64,000 bases of DNA from an uncultured Coriobacteriia bacterium (GTDB taxonomy: Bacteria; Actinomycetota; Coriobacteriia; Anaerosomatales; CAVYJL01). The notes beneath the pieces were generated by a model, which worked only from the letters and a program-made list of their open reading frames with translations, made no database searches and was not told the origin of the DNA. Position numbers and translations under genes: made by a program. This document shows positions 63,912 through 64,000 of this stretch, piece after piece. The stretch lies in NCBI GenBank assembly GCA_963768865.1, contig CAVYJL010000008.1:9307-73306 (forward strand), in the 5' to 3' direction. How positions within the stretch are numbered: position 1 is the stretch's first letter; every line of letters begins with the position of its first letter.

Positions 63912-64000
63912 GCCTGTCCCCTTCCTAGAACTCCCTGCGATTGCTAGGTCGACCAAGCCAGGGGACGGAAGCTCCACCCCTCAGGCTCCCCGGCCGAATT

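Overview
High-GC bacterial DNA. The gene content (futalosine-pathway MqnC, secreted multiheme cytochrome, L,D-transpeptidase, NlpC/P60, PASTA protein) suggests an anaerobic actinobacterium, probably Coriobacteriia; this is inference and was not tested by search. Single-base indels break many genes in patches (about 0.5-1, 23-34, 43-46 and 58.7-64 kb), including housekeeping genes, so they look like long-read consensus errors. In order the window holds: mqnC and a Tim44/zinc-ribbon gene; ppk2, mop-modABC and a Tat molybdoenzyme; ClC channel, methyltransferase, KdpDE-like pair, multiheme cytochrome and three peptidoglycan enzymes; an accessory, defence-like block (three Fic genes including mobile mystery proteins A/B, a duplicated HigBA-like module bracketing about 9 kb, and a 1114-aa nuclease-like/P-loop protein); a compact Mo-nitrogenase operon nifH-I1-I2-D-K-E-N-B-fdx of group II type; four more Tim44/zinc-ribbon paralogues around an SPFH/double-zinc-ribbon gene; a phosphorylase/amidohydrolase pair; and a liv operon. 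The best candidates for new biology are the SPFH + five-Tim44 module, the nif operon in this host with its repeat-bearing NifN insert, the STAND-like protein, and a triple operator upstream of the mobile mystery genes. I saw no rRNA, tRNA, CRISPR array, integrase or transposase.
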